This document shows positions 37,534 through 47,422 of a DNA stretch of 64,000 nucleotides, piece after piece. Numbering within the stretch: the first letter of the stretch is position 1; every line of letters begins with the position of its first letter. Below the pieces are notes generated by a model. That model was not told the DNA's origin, did not search any database, and saw only the letters and a program-made list of their open reading frames with translations. Source of the stretch: Acidobacteriota bacterium (GTDB lineage Bacteria; Acidobacteriota; UBA6911; RPQK01; JAJDTT01); the NCBI GenBank assembly GCA_965209055.1, contig OZ242374.1:480001-544000 (forward strand), written 5' to 3'. Made by a program: the position numbers and the translations under genes.

Positions 37534-38691
37534 ATGACAAGTCGGCGAGTGGATCTGGTTGCAGTCCTGGTATTGGCCCTTGGGTGGATGTTCGCTCCAT
37601 TGCCCCGGCATCTGCTGGCGCAGGATTCCGGACAGTACCATCCCATTGACGGCGCGGTGATCTACGATCACGACCCGTCCACCAAGGTGGGCGATGACAT
37701 CTTCGGCAACGTCATCGCGGATTTCGAGAACGATGCGCCCGGGCGATGCTCCCACGGAGGTCCGGTGTGCATGGAATACCCCAACGGCGACATCGTTGCC
37801 TTCTACGCCAACACCAGCGACCACAACCTGGACGGTTGGAGCGAGTACGCCGTCAGCCGGAACCGGGGCAAGACCTGGGACCGGTACAACAAGCTCCCAT
37901 ACTCCTTCGAGGCCTACGCCCGGGATCAGAAGCATCCGGTCTGGGTCGAGGAGGGTCTGGTCACGGAGCAAGGCACCATTGTCCTGTTTCTGACCCAATT
38001 CCGGGTCCGCTCCGAAGAAACCCGGATCAAGCTGGGGACGATCCGAAGCTACGACAATGGGGGCACGTGGTCCGATTACGAAACCCTGGACGGCAAATTC
38101 GTCGGCTATCCCTGCTCCACGGCGGTGGTGGGAGAGACCAACTACGTCATGGTCGACAGCCATGGGGGTCCCCACGTCCTCTACGTCAGCCAGAACGATG
38201 GGCGCACATGGAGCAGGAGAAGCGCCATGTCGTTGGACGATGAGGCATGGTACGGAACCATGACCATTATGGAGGATGGCCGGTTGCTGGCTGGGGCCTA
38301 TAAGTCAGCCGACGAGGATCACTTCTACTACTGCATCAGCAAGGACCAGGGGCATACCTGGAGTCCCCAGAAGAAAGCCTTCCTGGACAAGATGATTCGC
38401 GATCCCGAGCTCGCCTACCTCGGCGGCAAGTACTATCTGCACGGCAGATCGGGACACTACAGCGAGGGGAGCCGCCGCTATGTCCTCTACCAGTCGGACG
38501 ACGGTGTCAATTGGGGGGAAGGGATCATCGTCAGCGGCGACGAGGGGCATCCCGACGGTTACGGGCAGAACTGCGTCATCAACACCTACGACGATTCGGT
38601 CCCGGATGAGCTGATGGTGATCTACAGCATCATCTACCGGGGACGCGACACCAACGAATACGTATTCTTCATCCGGCCGGACGAGAACTGA
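37534..38691 (+). CDS. secreted Asp-box (BNR) sialidase-like protein
   Basis: RBS GAGGAGG; signal peptide; five Asp-boxes SRNRGKTW, SYDNGGTW, SQNDGRTW, SKDQGHTW, SDDGVNW. Confidence 0.85.
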   Translation: MTSRRVDLVAVLVLALGWMFAPLPRHLLAQDSGQYHPIDGAVIYDHDPSTKVGDDIFGNVIADFENDAPGRCSHGGPVCMEYPNGDIVAFYANTSDHNLDGWSEYAVSRNRGKTWDRYNKLPYSFEAYARDQKHPVWVEEGLVTEQGTIVLFLTQFRVRSEETRIKLGTIRSYDNGGTWSDYETLDGKFVGYPCSTAVVGETNYVMVDSHGGPHVLYVSQNDGRTWSRRSAMSLDDEAWYGTMTIMEDGRLLAGAYKSADEDHFYYCISKDQGHTWSPQKKAFLDKMIRDPELAYLGGKYYLHGRSGHYSEGSRRYVLYQSDDGVNWGEGIIVSGDEGHPDGYGQNCVINTYDDSVPDELMVIYSIIYRGRDTNEYVFFIRPDEN

Positions 38692-38799
38692 CGGAGAGCC
38701 GGGTCCCCCCCGGTGTGGGGTCGAGGAGAGGCGCGGCGGCGGCAAGCGGGTGGGAGCCGCTGATCCCGGCGGCTCTTCAAGACGCGCGTGAAACTGGCG

Positions 38800-39681
38800 T
38801 CAGGCCAGGTACTCCTTGGCGATCTTGGCCGCCACCGTCCCGATGGCGTAGTAACCGACCGAGATCCGGCCCACGTGGGTCAGCAGATCGTAAGCCTTCC
38901 AGCGGTTCCAGCCATATTCCTCCTCCATCCAGAGGATGAGCCAGGCGTAGGCCTGAGCCGTGGCCCGTTCCATGGGACAGCCGGTGGCCACGGTCATGAT
39001 CTCTTCCGCCGACTCGATCCGGGGTCCGGGAATGGTCTTTTCGCGGATCAGGTCCACGGTGATGATCGTCTCCGAAGGCATTTCGAGCCCGCTGGCCGAG
39101 AGCTCGCCATGGCCCATGGCGGCGTGGGCATCTCCCAGATAGAGGTAGGCGCCCGGAACGTAGACCGGGAGATAGACGGTGCTGCCGGGACCGGTCTCGA
39201 TGATGTCCATGTTGCCCCCGTGGGGTCCTGCGGGACCCGTGGTGGGCACTCCCATGTCCGGAGCCGTCCCGATGCAACCCAGCATGGGCCGATACGGAAT
39301 CGTGATCTCGTCGCTCCAATAGATCTTTCCGTCCCGGATGGGGCAGACGTGGGTGCCGTGGGGACAGTCCGTGCCGATCCACTCGGCAAGCTGCTTGGGA
39401 TCGCTGGTCCGGGTGGCGCATTGGCCGATACTGGGGCGAATCTCGTGGATATGGACGGCCAGCGCATCTCCGGGTCGCGCCCCGTTCACGTAGATGGGAC
39501 CGGTCTGCGGGTTGCCGAAAGGCATCGCCTTCCGGTCGCGGCGATCCTCGTTGGTCCGCACCTGCCCCGAGAAGGCGTCTTCAGCCTCGACCAGCACCTT
39601 CTCTCCAGGCTCGATCCGCAGACGCACTTCATTGTGCCGGCTGTATTCGTAGTAGAGAGGACCCTGGGAAAGTCTGTGCAT
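38800..39681 (-). CDS. acetamidase/formamidase family protein
   Basis: NPQTGPIYV.GA.PGD.L, PMLGCIGTAP, HGGNMD, GDAHAAMGHGEL..GLE. Confidence 0.92.
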   Translation of the reverse strand: MHRLSQGPLYYEYSRHNEVRLRIEPGEKVLVEAEDAFSGQVRTNEDRRDRKAMPFGNPQTGPIYVNGARPGDALAVHIHEIRPSIGQCATRTSDPKQLAEWIGTDCPHGTHVCPIRDGKIYWSDEITIPYRPMLGCIGTAPDMGVPTTGPAGPHGGNMDIIETGPGSTVYLPVYVPGAYLYLGDAHAAMGHGELSASGLEMPSETIITVDLIREKTIPGPRIESAEEIMTVATGCPMERATAQAYAWLILWMEEEYGWNRWKAYDLLTHVGRISVGYYAIGTVAAKIAKEYLA

Positions 39682-39817
39682 GGCTCACCTCACACTCCTG
39701 TGATGGAATCGATCGCCGAGAGTCTATCAGCCCGAATCCGTGCCCGCCGGGACGTTCCCCGGACTTCGACGCGGTGTATAATCTGCCCTCTGATTCACCA
39801 ACCGTCCCGACAGGAGA

Positions 39818-40561
39818 ATGACCATGACCTCCATCAGCGCCCGCGCGGCAGCTCTGAAAAAACGCATCCACGCAGGCGAAATCATTATCGGCGCGTACGC
39901 TCCACCCACGGCCGGGGACGAGATGCTCCGTCCCATCGCCGAGACCGGCTCCTACGATTTCCTGTGGGTCGACAGCCAGCATGACGCCTACAACGAGTCG
40001 AATCTGATCCGGGTTTGCGCCGTCGCGGCCGAGCTGGACATGCCGGTGCAGTTCCGAATCAAGCACACACGGCATACCTACCTGATCGGTAACGTCCTGG
40101 ACCTGGGTCCGGCCGGCATCGAGGTGCCGCAGGTCGAGACCGTGGAGACTGTTCGCGAAGCCGTGGACAACTTCTATTACGCCCCGGACGGTGTCCGCAG
40201 TTGGGGCGGCGTTCACCGGCTGAACTTCAATCCCGAGGACGATCACCGGGAGTACCGGCGCTGGTGGGGAGAGACGGGTGTCCTCTGGATGCAGCTCGAG
40301 TCGGTGGCGGCCGTGACTGCCTCCCGGCAATTGGCTCAACCGGGCGTGGATTGCCTCTCCTTCGGGCCCATGGACCTGACCTTCAGCCTGGAGAGCCACC
40401 CCCACCACCCGTTCAAGAGCGTCGACGACTGTGTCCGGCACACCTGCGAGCAGCTTCGCGGAACCGGCACCAAGGTCCTCTTCCGCAACTACACGCCCGA
40501 AACCCGCCAGAAATACCTGGACATGGGGGTCACCGTCCTTCTGGAGAGGGCTCAGGTATAG
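39818..40561 (+). CDS. HpcH/HpaI aldolase/citrate lyase family protein
   Basis: YDFLWVDSQH, LDLGPAGIEVPQVET, G.RSWG, QLES, FGPMDL. Confidence 0.88.
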   Translation: MTMTSISARAAALKKRIHAGEIIIGAYAPPTAGDEMLRPIAETGSYDFLWVDSQHDAYNESNLIRVCAVAAELDMPVQFRIKHTRHTYLIGNVLDLGPAGIEVPQVETVETVREAVDNFYYAPDGVRSWGGVHRLNFNPEDDHREYRRWWGETGVLWMQLESVAAVTASRQLAQPGVDCLSFGPMDLTFSLESHPHHPFKSVDDCVRHTCEQLRGTGTKVLFRNYTPETRQKYLDMGVTVLLERAQV

Positions 40562-40642
40562 GAGCCGGAGGCCGCCCGGTCCGGAGCGTCATGTCCGGAC
40601 GGGTGTCCCGGCGAAGACCAGGGCCGCCGGTCCATTCCGCCG

Positions 40643-42184
40643 TCAGAACCTGTACGACGCGACCAGGTAGGTGAAGGTGTTCCCGTCCCCTGGCGTATTG
40701 GCCTTGAGAAAGGGACCGGGGAACAGGTAGCCGATGCCGCCGCCCAGGTTCACGGCCTTGGACACCGGCATCGTGAACATGGCGTCCAGCTCGTTTCCGA
40801 CCTTCAGGTCGGTGGCCCCGCCGGCCGGCGGCGCAACGGACAATCCCCCCGAAACGTTGTAGAGGGCGTCATTGCCCGTGGCCAGCCAGAAGGAATGGAA
40901 ATCGACAGTCAGGCCAAACTTCGGATGGGGCTTGAACTCGGCTCCGAGCCGGATGTCCTTCAGATTGCGCCAGCCCACCAGGTCGTTGTAGCCATAGTGG
41001 AAGTGGGCGGTGGGATACAGGTTGTCAAAGGCGCCCGCCCGGCCGTCGCTGGCATCCTCGTCACCCGAGCCGAAGTTGTAGTGAACATAGAGCCTGGGGC
41101 TCGATTCGGCGGCGATGGAATAGCCCAACTCCACGTAATAGCCCCAGGCGTCGATCACCGCGCCGGCCATGTCGCCCCACTGCCGGACCATAGCCAGGTT
41201 GTAGTCCCAGGGCCCCAGCCCCTTCGCCCAAGCTCTCAAGCCCATGGTGTAGCGGTTGAGCTTGCCTCTCTGGTTCAACTCGTTGACGACGGAAGCAGCC
41301 GACCGCAACAGGAGGTAAGGTTCCAGGGTGGAGCCGGGGATCACGTTTTCGATGGCGCCGTACACGCCATGCAGGTTGTTCCCTTCCATCGAGCGGTTGA
41401 TTCGAACCGCAGGGTCGTTCTGCACCACTTGCGCTGAGAAGACGTCGACCCGGGCCCCGTCTCCGCGGAATTGGAGCTTTACGGCGTCAAAGGCCCGGGA
41501 GGTGTTGGTCCAGTTCAACGCGCCGACGAGGCGCTGATCTCCATAGGCCAGGACCTGGCGGCCCACAGTCAACGTGACCGGTGAGTTCTCGCTCCCGACC
41601 TGGGCGTATGCCTGCCGCAAGTCGAACCCGTCGCGGAAGACTCCGATGTTCGGCAACCCTTCACGGATGCCCGGTGCACTGGCGTCCTGTCCCTGAAACC
41701 CGAACTTCAGCCAGGAGGCCGGTGTGAGCCCCAGGTCCAGACGGGTCCGGATCAGACCGTATCCGTCGTCGTTCCCCTTCCGGTAACCCAGGCTACGGCG
41801 ACCTTCGAAGCGGCCGCGGAACTCGCCGGAGAGAGAAACCCAACTGGGAAGCTCGTTCCCCACGCCGCGTTCAGTCGCGGCCGGAGCCTTCTTCTCATCT
41901 TTTTCCTGGTCGTCGCCGCCAGCGGGAGCAGCCGTCAACGACAGCGTCCAGACGACGCCGGCCAACACGATCCGCTTGAGGAAAAAGGAAGAATTGGAAA
42001 TGTTCCGCAGACCGGGGACAGCCGTGTCTCCGTCTGTGTCATCTCCGCGATACGACTGCGAGCCGGATCGGCATGCGCCCGGGGGTACGCCACGCTGCGA
42101 CCGCGGTGTTTCCGTCAGCGCACCAGAACGTCGGAGAATTCCATCATCGCGAATCTTCATGCGTACTCGTGCGCCCTTCAGCAT
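40643..42184 (-). CDS. alginate export (AlgE-like) outer-membrane porin
   Basis: SGEFRGRFE, DLRQAY, GRQVLAYGDQRLVG..NW.N..R.FD, SGD, FDNLYPT.H, G.ELD, terminal YRF; true start probably downstream of 42184. Confidence 0.85.
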   Translation of the reverse strand: MLKGARVRMKIRDDGILRRSGALTETPRSQRGVPPGACRSGSQSYRGDDTDGDTAVPGLRNISNSSFFLKRIVLAGVVWTLSLTAAPAGGDDQEKDEKKAPAATERGVGNELPSWVSLSGEFRGRFEGRRSLGYRKGNDDGYGLIRTRLDLGLTPASWLKFGFQGQDASAPGIREGLPNIGVFRDGFDLRQAYAQVGSENSPVTLTVGRQVLAYGDQRLVGALNWTNTSRAFDAVKLQFRGDGARVDVFSAQVVQNDPAVRINRSMEGNNLHGVYGAIENVIPGSTLEPYLLLRSAASVVNELNQRGKLNRYTMGLRAWAKGLGPWDYNLAMVRQWGDMAGAVIDAWGYYVELGYSIAAESSPRLYVHYNFGSGDEDASDGRAGAFDNLYPTAHFHYGYNDLVGWRNLKDIRLGAEFKPHPKFGLTVDFHSFWLATGNDALYNVSGGLSVAPPAGGATDLKVGNELDAMFTMPVSKAVNLGGGIGYLFPGPFLKANTPGDGNTFTYLVASYRF

Positions 42185-42336
42185 TTGGCACCCGCGCAGT
42201 GAAAAACTACCGGACCTGCGCCCGGTTTAGGACCGCCGTGTAACAATACCGGAACCGGTCCTTCTATTCCTCCCCCTTCAGCGACATTCACCCGGTTGGA
42301 CAAGTCCCTCCACCCCCCGGATCGACTTCTCCTGTT

Positions 42337-44064
42337 TCACTCCATTCGGCGCTGCGATTTTCGACCCGGAGCCCTCTCGCCGATCCGGCAATCCTCCGAA
42401 TCCAAGCTGACGGCGTAGTCTTCCCGGGCCGACCGAAGCGAAACCTTCTGGTTCTTCACGTCCCGCCTTACGGACTCGGGAGACCGCTCCAACGGGTCTC
42501 CCCACCCGCCGCCCCCAGGTTGCCGATGATAAAGAACTTCACCCGCTCTCATCGTCGTCGAGATCATGACGGGCAGCACCTCTCGGCTGCCGTCCTTTCT
42601 GTGCAGGACGTTTATCGAACCTTTTCCCGGTTTCCCGGAAACCAAGCCGTAGGGCATATGATCGCGGCGGTCGGAGCGTATGGCGAGATGGGTTTCGCCC
42701 TCCAGCAGTTCCCATTCCCGTTCCACGGCCAACCCTCCCCTGTACTTTCCCGGTCCTCCGGTATCGCCCACCAAGCCGTACCGACGAATCCGCACCGGGT
42801 ATTCGGCTTCCGCCTGCTCCACCGGGATGTTGCTGGCCACGACGATGGGATTGCAGAGACCATCGTTGCCATCCATCCCCGGCCGGCCTCCCCAGGTGCC
42901 GGTGAGCGACTCGTAGTAGATATAGGCAGACCGGTCCTGGTGCCGGCCACCGAAAACGACCAGGGTGTTTCCACCCTCTCCGGCGGCCGGGATACGATCG
43001 GGAAGCAGACCGGCCATGGCTCCGAAGATGGTGTCGACCATGCGAAATCCGGTGACGCCCCGCATTGAAGAGGCTCCCGGCATTACGACGTCCGCAACGG
43101 TTCCAGGTTCGGTGATGACATTCAGAGGACGGAACATCCCCGCCGTGTTGGGCACATCCCCGCTCATGGCGCAGCGCACACACACGGCCACTGCCCCGCA
43201 GGTGAAGGAGCGAGTCGAATTGAGCGCTCCCCGGACCTGAGGATCGGTTCCTCTGAAATCAGCGGTGAAGGTGTCGTCCTCTATGGTGGCGGTGACCTGG
43301 AAACGGACCCGGGGCCCGCCGACTCCGTCGCTGTCCATGTAGTCCACGAAGGTGCTGGTTCCGTCGGGCCACGACGCGATCTCGGCGCGCATGAGTTTTT
43401 CCGTGTAGTCGATGAGATCGTCGCCACAGGCCGAAAGAGTCTCGGCGCCATAGCGAGCGATGAGCCGCTCCACCGCCTGCTCCCCGATATTGCAGGCGGC
43501 GACCTGCGCCCGGATGTCCCCCACGGTTTTCTCAGGCACCCGGACGTTGGTGCGCAGCAGGGCGAAGATCGCTTCGTCCGGATCCCCCCGGTGATGGAGC
43601 TTGAGCCATGGGATGCGCAGCCCCTCCTGGAATATCTCCGTGTTGTCGCAGGCCGAGCTCCCCGGCAGTCTCCCCCCCAGGTCCAGATGGTGGGCCGTCG
43701 TCACGGCGAAACAGACGATTTCACCTTCCCAGAAAACCGGTTTCACCACGTAGATGTCGGGAATGTGCATTCCCCCGCCGAAGGGATCGTTCATGATGAA
43801 AACATCCCCCGGCTCCATCTTCCGGCCGTACTTCTCCAGCAGGGTCTCCATGGCGTGCGGCACCGAACCCAGGTGCAGCGGTATGGTGACGCCCTGGGCG
43901 ATCATCTCCCCGCGCGCGTTGCACAGGGAGGTGGAGTAATCCAGGCAGTCCCTTACGATGGTGGAGTACGCGGTGCGGTAGAGGGCCAGCGCCATCTCGT
44001 CCGCACCCGAGGAGAGCGCATTCTGAACGATTTCACGAGTGATGGGGTCGACCTTAGAACGCAT
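42337..44064 (-). CDS. hydantoinase B / 5-oxoprolinase beta-subunit family protein
   Basis: DPITREI, RTAYSTIVRD.LDYS, PGDVFIMNDPFGGGMHIPD, HHLDLGG, EIFQEGL, GGGGWGDP. Confidence 0.92.
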   Translation of the reverse strand: MRSKVDPITREIVQNALSSGADEMALALYRTAYSTIVRDCLDYSTSLCNARGEMIAQGVTIPLHLGSVPHAMETLLEKYGRKMEPGDVFIMNDPFGGGMHIPDIYVVKPVFWEGEIVCFAVTTAHHLDLGGRLPGSSACDNTEIFQEGLRIPWLKLHHRGDPDEAIFALLRTNVRVPEKTVGDIRAQVAACNIGEQAVERLIARYGAETLSACGDDLIDYTEKLMRAEIASWPDGTSTFVDYMDSDGVGGPRVRFQVTATIEDDTFTADFRGTDPQVRGALNSTRSFTCGAVAVCVRCAMSGDVPNTAGMFRPLNVITEPGTVADVVMPGASSMRGVTGFRMVDTIFGAMAGLLPDRIPAAGEGGNTLVVFGGRHQDRSAYIYYESLTGTWGGRPGMDGNDGLCNPIVVASNIPVEQAEAEYPVRIRRYGLVGDTGGPGKYRGGLAVEREWELLEGETHLAIRSDRRDHMPYGLVSGKPGKGSINVLHRKDGSREVLPVMISTTMRAGEVLYHRQPGGGGWGDPLERSPESVRRDVKNQKVSLRSAREDYAVSLDSEDCRIGERAPGRKSQRRME

Positions 44065-44926
44065 CTTTCTGGATGACCTGTACATCCACCTCGAGATTGG
44101 TCTCTCCGCCTCCCTGGCGGACACCTTGGGTCGGCGAGACGTCCTTATAGTCGCGGCCCACGGCGATTCGCACGTGCCGCTGGTCGACCAGACTCACGTT
44201 GGTGGGGTCGAAGCCGATCCAACCCAGTTCCGGCAGCCGGCATTCGACCCAGGCATGGGTGGCATTTCCGACAGCCTGCTCGCCGGGCTGGCCGGTTTCG
44301 CTCAGGTACCCGGAGACGTACCGCGAGGGAATGCCCCAGGACCGGGCGACGGCGATCATGACATGCGCGTAGTCCTGGCAGACCCCCCGGCCCGATTGAA
44401 GGATGTCGTCGATGGGAGATGCCGCCGACGTACTGCCCGGCACGTAGCTGAAGCTGCGGTGAAGCCGGCGGGAGAGGCGAAGCAGCCCCTCGAGAGGATC
44501 GTCCCCGCGCTCGATACCTTTCCTGGACACGAACTCGTCCAGCAGCATTGACGGCCGCGCCAGAGCGCTGGGGCGAGTGAAGTCCCAATAGTCCGCAGAT
44601 TCGCTCCAGGAGAGGATCTCCCGCCAGGCCTGGGTGCCGAGACTCCCGGGAAGAGGATCCGGAACCGCCGGTTCGACCGTCGACCGTGCGGAAATTTCCA
44701 GGCCATCGTGCTCGCGGTGCATATAGAGAACGTGACGGACGTTTCCGAAGCAGTCCGTTTCACTGGTCAGGGAAGCCGGTGGACTGGTCTCGATTTTGAA
44801 ATCCCGGAGCCGCTGGCCGCCGTCGCCGCGCGGCTTCAGACAGAGCAACATGACGCACTCCCGGGCCGGGAATGCGTACCGGTACCGGGAAACGTGCTCG
44901 ATCTCATATCGGACCGTCCCGGTCAT
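44054..44926 (-). CDS. transglutaminase-like protein (bacterial N-terminal domain)
   Basis: YEIEHVSRY.Y, GVCQDYAH, RYVSGYL, THAWVE, W.GFDPTN, GRDY.DV.P..G (Cys-His-Asp triad). Confidence 0.93.
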   Translation of the reverse strand: MTGTVRYEIEHVSRYRYAFPARECVMLLCLKPRGDGGQRLRDFKIETSPPASLTSETDCFGNVRHVLYMHREHDGLEISARSTVEPAVPDPLPGSLGTQAWREILSWSESADYWDFTRPSALARPSMLLDEFVSRKGIERGDDPLEGLLRLSRRLHRSFSYVPGSTSAASPIDDILQSGRGVCQDYAHVMIAVARSWGIPSRYVSGYLSETGQPGEQAVGNATHAWVECRLPELGWIGFDPTNVSLVDQRHVRIAVGRDYKDVSPTQGVRQGGGETNLEVDVQVIQKDAF

Positions 44927-44930
44927 GGGA

Positions 44931-45920
44931 TCAGCGCAGAGGGGAGTCCTCGATGGGGTAGTCGACATAGGCGGCCATGACCAAACCATGGAGTTTCCGG
45001 CAGTGCTCCCCGATCCACTGGAGGAGACTCTCGTGGTCCTCCCGGTCCGGCCAGGCATAGTGGATCAGAGCTCGCAAGCGCCCTGCCAAACGCCGGGCCG
45101 GCGCCCCCGAGTGAGCGCTGGGGCCGGGGCCGATGGCGTCCAGCTCCGCGACCGCCGCATCAAGGGACCGAAAGAGGGAGCCGGGCAGTTGCGGATCGGT
45201 CACAAGCAAGTCCAGGACCCGATCCGGTTTGACGTCGACGCTGTGTTTTCGATTGTAGGCATCGAACGCCTGGCAGAAACGCAGGAGGCTGGTCCAGTCC
45301 TCGCCCAAGGACTCGTCGATCCGCCGTCCGGCTTCAATTTGAGCCAGAAACAACGAGGCCGAGGATTGGACCCGCTCGATGGCTCGCCCCAACCGCCAGA
45401 AACGCCAGCCTTCGTCCCGATACATGGTCACTTCGGCGACACCGACGAAGGTGTCGATGTCATGCGCCGTGGCGACGTAGAAATCCTCCGGGGAGACCTC
45501 CCAGATTTTCTGGATGGTCATCTCCTGGAGCCTCAAATAGGACAGGTTCAGGCAACTCCACATTTCGCCGCTGATCCGGTTGCGCATCTGGCGGGCGTTC
45601 TCTCGGCCCAAGGAGAAGCAGCTGTATATCGAATCGGAATTCGACCTCTCAAAGGTGAGATCGTCGGCCAAGGTGTAGGAATCAGCCAGCGTATACGAGT
45701 CGACCAGCGGGTCTTCTTCGTCGCCCCACAGAAGCTCCAGGCTACCCCCCGGCGGATTCCGGTTCAGACTGATGTAAATGCGGCTCCAGCCAAAGTGGAT
45801 CTCCCGAATCGGGCGATCCACCAACGCCTCGACCTGCAAACGCATCAGGCGGCAGAGATGCTCCGCCCTCTCGAGGTAACGGCCCATCCAATACAGGCCT
45901 TGGGCGCTACGTGAAAGCAA
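44931..45920 (-). CDS. alpha-E domain protein (DUF403)
   Basis: MLSRSA..LYWMGRYLERAE, RENAR..R..IS.EMW, W.F..LGRAIER. Confidence 0.93.
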   Translation of the reverse strand: MLSRSAQGLYWMGRYLERAEHLCRLMRLQVEALVDRPIREIHFGWSRIYISLNRNPPGGSLELLWGDEEDPLVDSYTLADSYTLADDLTFERSNSDSIYSCFSLGRENARQMRNRISGEMWSCLNLSYLRLQEMTIQKIWEVSPEDFYVATAHDIDTFVGVAEVTMYRDEGWRFWRLGRAIERVQSSASLFLAQIEAGRRIDESLGEDWTSLLRFCQAFDAYNRKHSVDVKPDRVLDLLVTDPQLPGSLFRSLDAAVAELDAIGPGPSAHSGAPARRLAGRLRALIHYAWPDREDHESLLQWIGEHCRKLHGLVMAAYVDYPIEDSPLR

Positions 45921-45950
45921 CTTGGACCCCCAGTCGATGAGAACCGGCCG

Positions 45951-47342
45951 TTATTCCTCGTCCAGTTCTTCCGGCATGAGCACGAACTCGGGATAGGCTT
46001 CCATGCCCAACTCGCCCACGTCCTGTCCCAGCCGTTCCACTTGCTCCGACACCCGAACGCTCATCGTCATCGCCAGCACCTTCCACAGAATCAGGGACGT
46101 CGTGAACACGAACGCTCCCACCGCCACGATGCCCAACAACTGCACCCCGAGGTTGCCGCCCGCCGCGATACAGACCGCGATCGTGCCCCAGATCCCCGCA
46201 AACAGGTGCGCCGGCACCGCCCCCACCACGTCGTCGATCTTCGCCCGCTCCAGGAACTTGATCCCCGCCGTGCACAGGATCGCTCCGATCGCCCCGATGA
46301 CGATCGACCAGTGGTGCGAGACGATGTCCGGTCCCGCAGTGATCGCCACCAGTCCCGCGATCGCACCGTTCAACGTCGCGAACAGGTCGTTGCGCCCCAG
46401 GATCGGCCGCGACACGATCAGCGCCGTCACCACTCCGGCCGCCGCCGCCAGGTTCGTGTTCACCAACACGTGGCTCATGGCCAGCGCGTCCGCCGCGCTC
46501 CCCAGCGCCAACTGCGACCCGCCGTTGAATCCGAACCACCCGAACCACAGGATGAACACCCCCAGCGTCACCACGATCACGTTCGACGGCGGCGTCGGCT
46601 TCGCCGTCCCGTCCTTGCGGAACTTGCCCAGACGCGGCCCCACGATCAGGATCCCCGCCAATGCCGCCCAGCCCCCCGTGCCGTGCACGATCGTCGATCC
46701 CGCGAAGTCCTGGAAGCCCATCTCACCCAGCCAGCCGCCGCCCCACGTCCAGGCGCCCACCACCGGGTAGATCACCGCCGTCAGCACCGCCACGAACACG
46801 AAAAACGACCACATCTTCACCCGCTCGGCCAGCGCCCCCGAGACGATCGACGCCGCCGTCGCCACGAACACCATCTGGAAAAACCAGTCCGACATGGTCG
46901 AGTACTTGCTGTCGGCCCCCGTCACCGCCGCCGCCGCTCCGTCCTCGCCCGCCACCAGCGCCAGATCCTGCGCCGACGGTCCGTACAGCAGCTTGAACGA
47001 CCCGATCACGCTCCCCACGTCCGCGTACATCAGGTTGTAGCCGATCACGTAGTAGGCCAACCCCGCAATCGAGTACAGACCGATGTTCTTCATGCAGATC
47101 ATGGAGGCGTTCTTGGTCCGCACCGATCCGGACTCCAGCATCGTGAATCCGGCGCACATCCACATCACCATGGCGCCCCAGATCATGAACGAGAAGGTGT
47201 TGAACACGTACAGCACCTCGTCGTCCACCGCCGCCTGCGCCGCCGTCGTCCCGCACAACAGGCAGATCGCCACCAACAGCAATTTCCCCACCGCTCCCCG
47301 CACCAGCCGCTTGTGCAACGGCATCTTCGTTCTCTCTCTCAT
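45951..47342 (-). CDS. amtB: ammonium transporter
   Basis: MCAGFTMLESG.VR.KN, FFQMVF, SGALAER, DFAGSTIVH, LWFGWFGFNGGS, IDDVVGAVPAH (twin His). Confidence 0.96.
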   Translation of the reverse strand: MRERTKMPLHKRLVRGAVGKLLLVAICLLCGTTAAQAAVDDEVLYVFNTFSFMIWGAMVMWMCAGFTMLESGSVRTKNASMICMKNIGLYSIAGLAYYVIGYNLMYADVGSVIGSFKLLYGPSAQDLALVAGEDGAAAAVTGADSKYSTMSDWFFQMVFVATAASIVSGALAERVKMWSFFVFVAVLTAVIYPVVGAWTWGGGWLGEMGFQDFAGSTIVHGTGGWAALAGILIVGPRLGKFRKDGTAKPTPPSNVIVVTLGVFILWFGWFGFNGGSQLALGSAADALAMSHVLVNTNLAAAAGVVTALIVSRPILGRNDLFATLNGAIAGLVAITAGPDIVSHHWSIVIGAIGAILCTAGIKFLERAKIDDVVGAVPAHLFAGIWGTIAVCIAAGGNLGVQLLGIVAVGAFVFTTSLILWKVLAMTMSVRVSEQVERLGQDVGELGMEAYPEFVLMPEELDEE

Positions 47343-47422
47343 TGCTCCCTCCCCAAATGCAGTCGAGTCACTCCACCAGGATCCGTCGCCGGGCGCCGCG
47401 TGGAACTCGCGCCCCCATCAAC

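Noticed and set aside
40643-42184. Alginate biosynthesis
   Set aside because: Only the porin family is present; no alg8/alg44 or other alg genes
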